Shown: one piece after another, positions 37,483 through 47,180 of the stretch
Numbering within the stretch: the stretch's first letter is position 1
Layout: the number at the start of each line of letters is the position of its first letter
NCBI GenBank assembly: GCA_041652735.1
Contig: JBAZGT010000005.1
Coordinates: forward strand, 457 to 64,456
Origin: Dehalococcoidales bacterium
GTDB lineage: Bacteria > Chloroflexota > Dehalococcoidia > Dehalococcoidales > RBG-16-60-22
DNA: 64,000 nucleotides
Direction of reading: 5' to 3'
Notes under the pieces: generated by a model
Database searches by the model: none
Seen by the model: only the letters and a program-made list of their open reading frames with translations
What the model was told of the DNA's origin: nothing
Position numbers and translations under genes: made by a program

Positions 37483-40400
37483 GGGCAATGCCCCCGCTAA
37501 AAAATGCAAGGTGCTGGTCTGCCAGGGCACCGGCTGCACCTCGTCCAAGTCCGAGCAGATTCGCCTGGCCCTGGAGGACGGGGTCAAAAAAGCCGGGCTG
37601 TCCAACGTAGAGATTGATTTTACCGGCTGCCACGGCTTCTGCCAGCAGGGGCCGATTGTGGTGGTGGAGCCGGACGGCATCTTCTACGCCCACGTCAAGG
37701 TGGAGGACGCGGAAGAAATCGTAAATTCCCACCTGAAAAATAACCAGCTGGTGGAGCGGCTCTTCTATCACGACCCCGTGACCGATGAGCCCATCGCCAA
37801 ATACCACGATATCAAATTTTACATGAAGCAGAAGCGCCTTATCCTGCGCAACTGCGGCCATATCAATCCGGAAAGAATCGACGACTATATTGCCGTGGAG
37901 GGCTACCGGGCGCTGAAAAAAGTCCTGACCGCCATGACGCCGCGCCAGGTTATCGACGAGGTGAAGAAGTCCGGGCTGCGCGGCCGGGGCGGGGCCGGCT
38001 TTTCCACCGGGCAGAAATGGGAGTATTGCGCCATCGAGCCCGGCGACCAGAAGTATATGATCTGCAACGCCGATGAAGGCGACCCCGGCGCGTTCATGGA
38101 CCGCTCCACCATGGAGGGCGACCCCCATACCGTCATCGAGGGCATGACCATCGCCGCTTACGCCATCGGCGCCTCCGAGGGCTATATTTACTGTCGCGCG
38201 GAATATCCCCTGGCTATCAAGCGCCTCCTCATCGCCATCAGGCAGGCGGAGGAGCGCGGCTACCTCGGGGATAAAATAATGGGCACGGATTTCAGCTTCA
38301 AGATGCACGTCAAGGAGGGCGCCGGCGCTTTCGTCTGCGGCGAGGAGACCGCTCTGATGGCCTCCATCGAGGGCAAGCGCGGCATGCCGCGTTCCCGTCC
38401 CCCTTTCCCCGCCCAGTCAGGGCTGTGGGGCAAGCCCAGCACTATCAATAATGTTAAGACGCTGGCCACCATACCGGTCATTATCAACCGGGGCGCGGAG
38501 TGGTACGCCGCCATCGGCGTGGGCAAGAGCAAAGGCACCACCGTTTTCGCCCTTACCGGCAAGATTGCCAACTCCGGCCTGGTGGAAGTGCCGCTGGGCA
38601 CCAAGCTCAGTGAAATTATCTTTGAAATCGGCGGGGGTATCCCCAGGGGCAAGCGTTTCAAGGCCGTGCAGACCGGCGGGCCTTCCGGCGGCTGCCTGCC
38701 TTCCTCTTACCTGAACTCGCCGGTGGACTATGAGACCCTGGCCACCGCCGGCTCCATTATAGGGTCGGGCGGCATGGTCGTCCTGGACGAGGACAACTGC
38801 ATGGTGGACATGGCGCGCTATTTCCTGTCCTTCACCCAGCTGGAGTCCTGCGGCAAGTGCATCCAGTGCCGCTGGGGCACCAGGCAAATGCTGAATGTCC
38901 TGGAAGATATTACCAGCGGCAAGGGCCGCCCGGGGGATATAGATTTTCTCCTGGAATTAAGCAAAGCGGTCAGCGTGGGGTCGCGCTGCGGCCTGGGGCA
39001 GACCGCCCCCAACCCCGTTATCTCTACCATCCGCTATTTCCGTGACGAATATGAAGCGCATATCAAGAAGTTGCACTGCCCGGCGGCGGTCTGCAAGGGC
39101 CTGGTCAAGGCGCCGTGCAGCCATACCTGCCCCGCCGGCATAGACGTGCCGCGCTATATCAGGGCGGTGGCGGAGGGGGATGTTGACACCGGCCTGGCGG
39201 TCATCCGGGAAAGGATTCCGTTCCCTGCCGTCTGCGGCTACGTGTGCATCCACCCCTGTGAGGCCAAGTGCCGCCGCGGCCAAATCGACGAGCCTGTATC
39301 TATCAGGGCTTTAAAACGCTATATTTACGATAACGCCGCCAAGAACGGCGTCAAGCCTAAAATCGCCGCGCCGTCCGGCAAGAAGGTGGCGGTAATCGGT
39401 TCCGGCCCGGCCGGGCTGACCGCCGCTTACTATCTGGCCGGGCTCGGCGGGCACGCCGTGACCGTCTTCGAGGCTTTGCCGGAAGCGGGCGGCATGATGC
39501 GGGTGGGCATACCCCGCTACCGCCTCCCCGGCGATGTCCTGGACGCGGAAATCGACTATATTAAGCGGGCGGGGGTGGAGCTCAAGCTCAATACCAGGGT
39601 GGAGTCCATCGCCGCGCTGAAAGAGCAGGGCTATGACGCGGTGTTTATCGCCGCGGGCGCCCACGCCGGCCTGAAAATGCGCGTGCCGGGGGAGGAAGCA
39701 CCGGGCGTCATGGACTGCGTTACCATGCTGCGGGACGTGACCCTGGGCAAAAAGGTGCGGGTGGGGGAAAAGGTGGCGGTTATCGGCGGGGGCAACGCCG
39801 CTATGGACGCCTCGCGCACCGCCCGGCGGCTGGGGGCCAAAGAGGTCACTATTTTCTACCGCCGTACCCGGGAAGAGATGCCGGCGGCGGACGATGAGAT
39901 TGATGAAGCCCTGGAAGAGGGCATTAAAATAGAGTTCCTGACCAACCCGAGCAAGATTGTGAAAAGCAACGGCCACCTCACCATGACCTGCGTGCGCATG
40001 AAGCTGGGCGATATCGACGATAGCGGCCGGCCGCGCCCGGTGGTCATGGCAGGCAGCGAGTTCGATACTAATTTTGACACGATAATATCCGCCATCGGCC
40101 AGGCGGCGGACCTGCCGGAGGCGCTGGCGGTGGCTAAAAACAAGAACGGCACGGTTAAAGCCGACCCCGATACGCTGGCGGCGGACGCGGCAGGTGTCTT
40201 TGCCGGCGGGGACGTGGTCAGCGGGCCGGCCTCGGTTATCGAGGCGATTGCGGCCGGGCGCCAGGCCGCCGTATCTATCGATAAGTACCTGGGCGGTAAA
40301 GGCGTCATCGAGGAAAAGCTGACCGCGCCGGAGGTAACCCGGCCTTACGTGGCGGAGGAGGGCGGGGTGGAAAAGCGCGCCGCGGTGCCGCTGCGGGCCG

Positions 40401-40507
40401 CCGGTCAGCGCCTAAAAGACTTTAAGGCCGGCGAGCTGGGCTATACCCGTGCCCTGGCCGAGCAGGAAGCCTCGCGCTGCCTGCGCTGTGACCTGGAGGA
40501 AGATTAA
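37466..40507 (+). CDS. Fusion of a NuoF-like NADH-binding FMN/Fe-S subunit with a GltD/NfnB-like NAD(P)H oxidoreductase
   Basis: 1013 aa. N-terminal 2Fe-2S Trx-like module (VCQGTGCTS...CHGFCQQGP), then GLRGRGGAGFSTGQKW and ESCGKCIQCR. The GltD-like part has Fe-S Cys motifs, VAVIGSGPAGLTAAYYLA and VIGGGNAAMD. Confidence 0.85.
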   Translation: MKIANEGNAPAKKCKVLVCQGTGCTSSKSEQIRLALEDGVKKAGLSNVEIDFTGCHGFCQQGPIVVVEPDGIFYAHVKVEDAEEIVNSHLKNNQLVERLFYHDPVTDEPIAKYHDIKFYMKQKRLILRNCGHINPERIDDYIAVEGYRALKKVLTAMTPRQVIDEVKKSGLRGRGGAGFSTGQKWEYCAIEPGDQKYMICNADEGDPGAFMDRSTMEGDPHTVIEGMTIAAYAIGASEGYIYCRAEYPLAIKRLLIAIRQAEERGYLGDKIMGTDFSFKMHVKEGAGAFVCGEETALMASIEGKRGMPRSRPPFPAQSGLWGKPSTINNVKTLATIPVIINRGAEWYAAIGVGKSKGTTVFALTGKIANSGLVEVPLGTKLSEIIFEIGGGIPRGKRFKAVQTGGPSGGCLPSSYLNSPVDYETLATAGSIIGSGGMVVLDEDNCMVDMARYFLSFTQLESCGKCIQCRWGTRQMLNVLEDITSGKGRPGDIDFLLELSKAVSVGSRCGLGQTAPNPVISTIRYFRDEYEAHIKKLHCPAAVCKGLVKAPCSHTCPAGIDVPRYIRAVAEGDVDTGLAVIRERIPFPAVCGYVCIHPCEAKCRRGQIDEPVSIRALKRYIYDNAAKNGVKPKIAAPSGKKVAVIGSGPAGLTAAYYLAGLGGHAVTVFEALPEAGGMMRVGIPRYRLPGDVLDAEIDYIKRAGVELKLNTRVESIAALKEQGYDAVFIAAGAHAGLKMRVPGEEAPGVMDCVTMLRDVTLGKKVRVGEKVAVIGGGNAAMDASRTARRLGAKEVTIFYRRTREEMPAADDEIDEALEEGIKIEFLTNPSKIVKSNGHLTMTCVRMKLGDIDDSGRPRPVVMAGSEFDTNFDTIISAIGQAADLPEALAVAKNKNGTVKADPDTLAADAAGVFAGGDVVSGPASVIEAIAAGRQAAVSIDKYLGGKGVIEEKLTAPEVTRPYVAEEGGVEKRAAVPLRAAGQRLKDFKAGELGYTRALAEQEASRCLRCDLEED

Positions 40508-40845
40508 TATTGTCATTGCGGGCATAACCCGAAGCAATCCGCTATTTTACGTTGTCATTCCAGCGAAAGTAGCATACCCCGTATGTTAATCGGGGCTGGA
40601 ATCCGGTTCTTTTGCTTGTCATTCCAGCGAAAGCTGGAATCCAGGGGAGGGGAAAAGGGGAGGAAATTGAAAAAATGATATCGTCTCCCTTGATAAAGGG
40701 AGATGAGAGAAGGATTTTGTAGTAGACTATTATCGTCTCCCTTTCGTAAAGGGCCTGCCCTGAGCGGAGCGAAAGGGGAGATAGAGTGGGTTTTTAGAAG
40801 TCCTTTCCTTCTGCGGGAGAAGGGCTTATGTGAACGGAGGAAAAT
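40508..40845. repeat. Cluster of at least five family-A and family-B hairpin elements inside the formate dehydrogenase operon
   Basis: Contains TGTCATTGCGGG..GAAGCAATCC, two GTCATTCCAGCG..GCTGGAATCC copies, TCGTCTCCCTTGATAAAGGGAGA and TCGTCTCCCTTTCGTAAAGGG. Confidence 0.7.
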
Positions 40846-43797
40846 ATGACGATGAATACGCCGGCTGCGGCTGATACCAGACAGGCGGGCACCGTCACCA
40901 TAACCATCGACGGCAAAAAGGTAGCGGTAAAGAAAGGCGCCACCGTGCTGGAAGCGGCGCGGAGCATCGACCTCTATATCCCTACCCTCTGCTATGAACC
41001 GGACCTCAAACCCTACGGCGGCTGCTGCATGTGCGTGGTGGAAATAGAGGGGATGCGCGGCCTGCCCACCTCCTGCACCACCCCGGCCACGGACGGCATG
41101 GTCGTCCATACGGAATCGGTGCTGGTCAAGCAGTCCCGCCAGATGACCATGCAGCTTATCATGGCCAACCACATCGGCGATTGCCTCACCTGCGCCAAGA
41201 ACCAGAACTGCGAGCTGCAAAAGGTGGCGCGCTACGTTGGCGTCGAGCAGGCGGACTATGATAAACTGCGCCCCAGCACCCGCACCGTCCCCAAAGATGA
41301 CAGCAACCCCGCTTATGTCCGGGATATGAACAAGTGCATCCTCTGCGCCCGCTGCGTGCGCGCCTGCCATGAAGTTACCGGCATCGACGCCATCGATATA
41401 GCCTACCGCGGCGACCAGGCTACCATCGCCGGGATGGGCAACAAGCCGATACTTTTGTCCCGCTGCGAGACCTGCGGCGAGTGCGTTTCCCGCTGTCCCA
41501 CCGGCGCCCTGACCTACCGTGACAGCCGCATGATTACCCGGGAGGTAAAGACCACCTGCCCCTACTGCGCGGTGGGCTGCCAGGTTTACCTGGGCATCCG
41601 CGGCGATGAAATCATCAGCGTGCGGGGGGATAAGGAGGGGGCCTCCAACGAGGGCCACCTCTGCGTCAAGGGGCGCTTCGGCGTGGCGGAGTTCGTCCAT
41701 TCCAAAGACCGGCTCAAAACGCCGCTGATTAAGAAGAACGGCAAGTTCGAGCCTGCCTCCTGGGATGAGGCTCTGGATTATGTAGCTAACAAACTAAAGA
41801 CTTATGAACCTGACCAGGTGGGCGTGGTCTCCTCGGCGCGCAGCACCAATGAAGCGAACTACCTGATGATGAAGTTCGGCCGGGCGGTGCTGCATACCAA
41901 TAACGTGGACCACTGCGCCCGCCTCTGACATGCCCCCACCGTGGCCGGTCTGGCCACTACCTTCGGTTCCGGGGCGATGACGAACAATATCGACGATTTC
42001 GGCAACGCCGGCTGCGTGCTGGCCATCGGCACCAATACCGCCGAGGCCCACCCCGTGCTGGCGATGAAAATACGCCAGACGGTGCGTAACGGCGCCAAAC
42101 TCATCGTCGCCAATCCCATGGAAGTGGACTTCGTAAGGGACGCCGACCTCTGGATACGCCACAAGGTGGGCACGGACGTCGCCCTGCTCATGGGTATCTG
42201 CCGCATTATCGTTGACGAGGGATTGTACGATAAAGAATTCGTCGCCAGCCGCTGTGAGAACTTTGACGCTTTCCTGGAGGAGCTGAAGAACTACCCGCTG
42301 GACTACGTGGCGGAGACCACCGGCGTTGCCCCTGATTTGCTGGTAAAAGCCGCCCGCATGTACGTGGAAAACAGCCCCTCCACCATTCTTTACGCCATGG
42401 GCATCTGCGAGCACAGCCACGGCACCAACAACGTCATGGCTACCGGCAACCTGGCCATGCTCACCGGCAACATAGGCAAGCCCGGCTCCGGCGTGAACCC
42501 GCTGCGCGGCCAGAACAACGTGCAGGGCGCCTGCGATATGGGCGCGCTCCCCAATGTTTTCACCGGCTACCAGGCCGTCAATAACGAGGCCTCCCGCAAG
42601 AAGTTCGAGGCGGCCTGGGGCGTGCCGCTGAACCCGAATGTCGGCATGAAGCTGACCACGATGCTGCCGGCCGCCATCCGCGGCGAAATCAAAGCCATGT
42701 ACATCATGGGCGAGAACCCGGTGCTGACCGACCCCGATGCCACCCATGTCCGCGAGGCGCTGAGCAAGCTGGATTTCTTCGTCTTCCAGGATCTTTTCCT
42801 CAACGAGACGGCGGAATACGCCCACGTTATTTTACCGGCGTGCAGCTACGCGGAAAAGAACGGCACCTTCACCAATACCGAGCGCCGCGTGCAGCTCATC
42901 CGTAAGGCCATCGAGCCTATCGGCGAAAGTAAGGACGATTGCTGGATAGTCGGCGAAATCGCTAAAAGAATGGGCTCCAAAGGCTTTGAGGATACCGACC
43001 CCGCCGCGGTGATGAAGGAAATCGCCCGCCTCACCCCGAGCTACGGCGGCATTACGTTTAAACGCCTTGAGGAAGGCAGTTTGCAGTGGCCCTGCCTGAG
43101 TGAAGACCACCCCGGCACCTGCATCCTGCATGAAAATGTTTTCTCCCGGCCATCCGGCAAGGGCTGGTTCGTGCCGCTCAAGTACGAGCCGCCGGTGGAA
43201 CTGACGGACGCGGAGTACCCGCTCATGCTGATGACCGGCCGCCGCCTGGTGCACTACCACGCCACCATGACCCGCAAATCGGAAATACTGAACGCCCTGA
43301 TGCCGGAAGAAGAGCTGCAAATCAGCCTGGCGGACGCCGAACGCCTTGGCATCCGGGATGGCGATATCGCTCAGGTAACCTCCCGCCACGGCCGGGTAAA
43401 AGTCCGGGCGCTGGTTTCCGGCATCGTGCCGGAGGGCGTGGTGCACATGGCTTTCCATTTTATAGAAACGCCCACCAACGAGCTGATAAGCTCCGACCCT
43501 GCCACGCTGGACCCCATTACAGGCACCCCGGCTTACAAGACCTGCCCGGTGAATATTGTCAGGGCGCCGCGGACCGGCGGCCCCGCGGAGATGGTTTCCG
43601 TGCTTTTCCGCGCCAGCCGGGATGACACTTTCAGCGCGCTGCTTTTCAACAGCCCTGACCTCGCCCTGAAAGGCTATCAGCTCACGGCAGCGGAAAAGGC
43701 CGCCGTCGTTAGCGGGGACGTCGCTAAAATAGAAGCGCTTACTGGCCGCCTTCTGGAACATATCAGGGTGTGGCTGCTTTCGCGGACGGAAAAGTAA
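40846..43797 (+). CDS. fdhA: Formate dehydrogenase alpha subunit, selenocysteine-containing (UGA at 41926-41928 read as Sec)
   Basis: Track ORFs 40846..41928 and 41941..43797 are in frame across a TGA. The junction [29 protein letters not shown] is the canonical Sec site of molybdopterin FDHs. The N-terminus carries 2Fe-2S and 4Fe-4S (NuoG-like) domains. Confidence 0.85.
41926..41957 (+). promoter_or_regulatory. Sec UGA codon plus bacterial SECIS hairpin (GUGGCC-GGUCU-GGCCAC)
   Basis: The hairpin starts 12 nt after the UGA. Its GGUCUG apex resembles the E. coli fdhF SECIS apex as I recall it. Confidence 0.7.
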
Positions 43798-43825
43798 ACC
43801 CGGATACCATCTAGATTAAATTTCG

Positions 43826-43860
43826 CCCCCTCTCTGCTACAGGGAGGGGGTGCTTGTTTC
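43826..43860 (+). terminator. Candidate terminator after fdhA (CCCCCTC-loop-GAGGGGG plus T-rich tail)
   Basis: Inverted repeat followed by TGCTTGTTTC. Confidence 0.45.
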
Positions 43861-43866
43861 AGGTTA

Positions 43867-43895
43867 TTGACGTATCAGCCGCTTTAGGCTAGTAT
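43867..43895 (+). promoter_or_regulatory. Candidate promoter TTGACG-17-TAGTAT
   Basis: Read directly; about 37 nt upstream of a small ORF that has a GAGGGGGG RBS. Confidence 0.4.
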
Positions 43896-43931
43896 CAAGA
43901 CTGTAACGACTTTATGAGGGGGGATAGTAAA

Positions 43932-44081
43932 ATGGCGGATGCAGAGGATGTCGCCAAGATATTGGCGGCCATCAATAAATTTTCCACGGAAAACCAGGCC
44001 CTGTTGCGTCAGGTCCTGGACGCCATCGAGAGGAACCACGCCGTGCTCCGGAACATCGAAAGGAACACCCGCTCGCACTAG
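43932..44081 (+). CDS. Small hypothetical protein, 49 aa (MADAEDVAKILAAINKFSTENQALLRQVLDAIERNHAVLRNIERNTRSH)
   Basis: Below the ORF-track length cutoff. It has its own promoter-like hexamers and RBS, and a helical heptad-like sequence. No family recognised. Confidence 0.35.
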   Translation: MADAEDVAKILAAINKFSTENQALLRQVLDAIERNHAVLRNIERNTRSH

Positions 44082-44102
44082 TTTCTCCGGTAACCGGGCT
44101 GC

Positions 44103-46571
44103 CTACTGGAACACGCCCTTTTCCCTTAGCCCGTCCACCTCGCCTTGAGACATGCCCAGCACCCTGGTGCAGATGTAGTCCGTATGCTCTCCCACCAGCA
44201 CCGGCCGCCCCACCGCCGTTTCCGCCCCGGATAGCTTGATGGGGGCGGGGTGGTAATAGCGCAGCCGCCCCATGTAGGGGTGGTCTATCTCCCGGTAGAA
44301 GTTGTAGTAGTTCATCTGCGGGTCTTCGTCGATGTCCCGGGCGTCGGCCACCGTGCCCGCGCCCACCCCGGCGGACTGCAATATCGTTTCCACCGCCTCC
44401 GGCGGGTACTGTAAAGTCCACGCTTCCACCAGCTTGTCCAGCTCGTCGCCGTATTTCAGGCGGTCGGCGGCGCTGGCGTATTTCCTGTCCTTGGCCCAGC
44501 CGGGCCCGCCGATAGCTTTCACGAAGCTGCGCCACTCGTCGTCGCTGGTCACGGCGATAGCCGCCCACCGGTCATCGCCCTGGCAGCGGTAGATGCCGTG
44601 CGGGGCGGCGTGGCCGCTCTTGTTGCCCGTCGTCCGGAACTCCCGCCCGTTCGCCTGGTAGTCCAGGATGAGCGGCGTCATGTAGTTGATGCCGGTCTCC
44701 ACCTGGGAATGGTCGATGTACTGCCCCTTGCCGGTGCGGCGGCGGTAGTCCAGCGCCGCCATGATGGAGAGGGAGGCGTACATGGGGGAAAGCTGGTCCG
44801 TGTAATAGGTTGAAGGCGGCACAGGAGCCCTGTCCGGCCAGCCCACGATGTTGTCCATCATGGTGACGGCGGTCAAAATACTCCCGAAGCCGGGCTGGTC
44901 CGCCATCGGGCCGGTATGCCCGTAGCCGCAGGTGCGGAACATGATGATATCCGGGTTGATTTTCTTCAGCCCCTCGTAGTCCAGGCCCAGCTTGTCCATG
45001 ACGCCGGCGGGGAACCCCTCCGCCACCACGTCCGCCCAGGCCACCAGCTTTTTAAAGATGGCCACCCCTTCCGCCGTTTTGAAGTTGAGCGCGATGTCCA
45101 TTTCCGGGGCGGTATGGGTAATGGAAAAGAAAGCGCTGCGCTCCAGCCCCAGCGCCTCCCCGGGTTTATTGGTGGCGGCGAAGGGCGCGAAAAGCCTTAC
45201 CGGGTCCGGGCGCGTCGCGGTCTCCACGCGGATGGTGGTGGCGCCGTAGTGGGACAGGTAGTTGCAGGTGTAAACGCCCACACCTGCCCAGCATAGCTGC
45301 ACCAGCTTGATGCCCTCGAAGGGTTTTTTGTTCGCGCCGACCGGGGTTTTTTCTTTCGCCCCGGATATCCTGGCGTTGAGCTTTTTTAGTATTTCGTCGT
45401 TGTGCTCGCCGATGTGCGGGGCGCGCCTCTGGGGCCCGACGTATTTTTCGCTGGATACCACCGCCCCGCCCGGGAATTTCAGCTTGCCTATTTCCGGGTG
45501 GTCTATTTCCTTCCAGAAATTGCGGGCGGCCAGCTGCGGGTGCTTGAGGATGTCCGCCGCGTTGTTGCAGGGGCCGAGCTGGAAGCGGTTTTCGATGGCC
45601 AGCTTGAGCAGCTCGTCCTTGGTGTGGTTGTTGAAGAACTTGCCCAGGGAGTCCATCAGCTTTTCCGCCTGCTCGCGGGTCATGTGCTCCCAGCTTTTCT
45701 TCTCCCAGTCCCACCCTTCCAGGAAGCCGATGTCGATGCCGTCTTTCTTGAGGTATTCCATCATGGAGTGGTTGTTCTTGGCGGCGGTGGGGTTGAGCAG
45801 GAGGTTGAGGGCGATAAAGCCGTCTTTGCAGGGCCAGAGCAGGGTGTTGTAGAAGGTGGAGCCGTCTTTCAGCGTGACGGAAGCCCGCGCCCGGCCGTGC
45901 CTGGCGGGCACCTGGCCGAACAGGGCGTAGGGGCCTTCTATTTCCGCCGAGCAGACGATATCCAGCGCCTGCTGCGTGACGGCGTCAACGTGTTGTCCCC
46001 GGCCGGTGTGGGCGCGCTGGATGAGCGCAATCACCGTCCCCGCCGCCCCGTTCATGGCGCCGAGGGTATGGGTATGCTCGTAGCTCGTCGTCAAGGGGGG
46101 GCGGTCGTCGTAGCCGGCGGTATAGACCATGCCGCCCAGCGCCCGCACCACGATGTCCGGGTCTTTATAGTCTTTGTACGGGCCTGCCTGCCCGAAGCCG
46201 CTGATGGAGGTCAGCACGATGCCGGGGTTGACGGCGCTCAGGTCTTTATAGCCCAGGCCGAGGCTGTCCAGGTAGCCGGGGGCGTAGGATTCCAGTACCG
46301 CGTCCGCCGTTTTCACGAGTGCCAGGAACGTCTCTTTGCCCTGCGGGGTGGTGATGTCCAGCGTGACGCTTTTCTTGTTGGCGTTGAAGGCCAGCCAGGT
46401 GAGATTTTTCTCCGGGTCTACCCGGTCCTGGTAGAAAAGCCCCCTAAAGCGGGCCGGGTCTCCCCCCGGCGACTCTACCTTGATTACCTCCGCGCCGAAG
46501 TCCGATAGCGCCCTCCCGGCGATAAACGCTTTCTCTGTGGTAAGGTCGAGGATGCGGTAGCAGCTAAGCAT
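44103..46571 (-). CDS. Tandem fusion of two type III (CaiB/BaiF) CoA-transferase domains
   Basis: 822 aa. The first module starts YRILDLTTEKAFIAGRALSDFGAEVIKVESPGGDP. The second starts GIKLVQLCWAGVGVYTCNYLSHYGATTIRVETATRPDP. Confidence 0.85.
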   Translation of the reverse strand: MLSCYRILDLTTEKAFIAGRALSDFGAEVIKVESPGGDPARFRGLFYQDRVDPEKNLTWLAFNANKKSVTLDITTPQGKETFLALVKTADAVLESYAPGYLDSLGLGYKDLSAVNPGIVLTSISGFGQAGPYKDYKDPDIVVRALGGMVYTAGYDDRPPLTTSYEHTHTLGAMNGAAGTVIALIQRAHTGRGQHVDAVTQQALDIVCSAEIEGPYALFGQVPARHGRARASVTLKDGSTFYNTLLWPCKDGFIALNLLLNPTAAKNNHSMMEYLKKDGIDIGFLEGWDWEKKSWEHMTREQAEKLMDSLGKFFNNHTKDELLKLAIENRFQLGPCNNAADILKHPQLAARNFWKEIDHPEIGKLKFPGGAVVSSEKYVGPQRRAPHIGEHNDEILKKLNARISGAKEKTPVGANKKPFEGIKLVQLCWAGVGVYTCNYLSHYGATTIRVETATRPDPVRLFAPFAATNKPGEALGLERSAFFSITHTAPEMDIALNFKTAEGVAIFKKLVAWADVVAEGFPAGVMDKLGLDYEGLKKINPDIIMFRTCGYGHTGPMADQPGFGSILTAVTMMDNIVGWPDRAPVPPSTYYTDQLSPMYASLSIMAALDYRRRTGKGQYIDHSQVETGINYMTPLILDYQANGREFRTTGNKSGHAAPHGIYRCQGDDRWAAIAVTSDDEWRSFVKAIGGPGWAKDRKYASAADRLKYGDELDKLVEAWTLQYPPEAVETILQSAGVGAGTVADARDIDEDPQMNYYNFYREIDHPYMGRLRYYHPAPIKLSGAETAVGRPVLVGEHTDYICTRVLGMSQGEVDGLREKGVFQ

Positions 46572-46674
46572 AAGGGCCTCCGGATGAAATTCTAAACTCT
46601 AATATCTAAACCCTAAACGTTTGAGACACGATTTGGCGGGTTTTTATGAACATGGAATCCGAATAATTATAGTA

Positions 46675-47161
46675 TGAGGAGGGGAGGATGGGCAAATGAT
46701 TTCTACTGGCTGTTATTGCGGGGAGCGTGGCATTATGCTCCCCCGCCGAAGCGCTCATGGTGAGTTTACCGAACCTCCGCCCCGGCGGCTCATAACCCGC
46801 CGTCATTCCCGCCCCGCCGTGCCCCCTATGACAACCGGGGGCTGGAATCCATTCAAGGTAAAACCCGAATACTTCGTCCTCCTTCATTAAAGGAGGAGCA
46901 GAGGAGGATTTTATAGCGTGAGGAGGGGAGAAGGGGCAAATGATTTCTACTGGCTGTTATTGCGGGGAGCGCGGCATTATGCTCCCCCGCCAAAGCGCTC
47001 ATGGTGAGTTTACCGAACCTCCGCCCCGGCGGCTCATAACCCCCGTCATTCCCGCGCAGCCGTGCCCCCTATGACAACCGGGGGCTGGAATCCATTCAAG
47101 GTAAAACCCGAATACTTCGTCCTCCTTCATTAAAGGAGGAGCAGAGGCGGATTTTGTAGCG
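46675..47161. repeat. Two full tandem copies (244 and 243 bp) of a composite repeat, with the start of a third copy
   Basis: Copy starts TGAGGAGGGGAG lie at 46675 and 46919, with a partial third copy at 47162. The copies differ by a few substitutions or indels. Each unit joins a GCGGGGAGC hairpin, a CTCATGGTGAG segment, a family-A hairpin and a family-B hairpin. Confidence 0.9.
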
Positions 47162-47180
47162 TGAGGGGGAGAAGGGGAGG

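Noticed and set aside
46606-46890. ORFs 46606..46887(-) and 46696..46890(+) inside the 244-bp tandem repeat.
   Set aside because: They overlap each other on opposite strands within repeat modules. The equivalent frames are disrupted in the second repeat copy.
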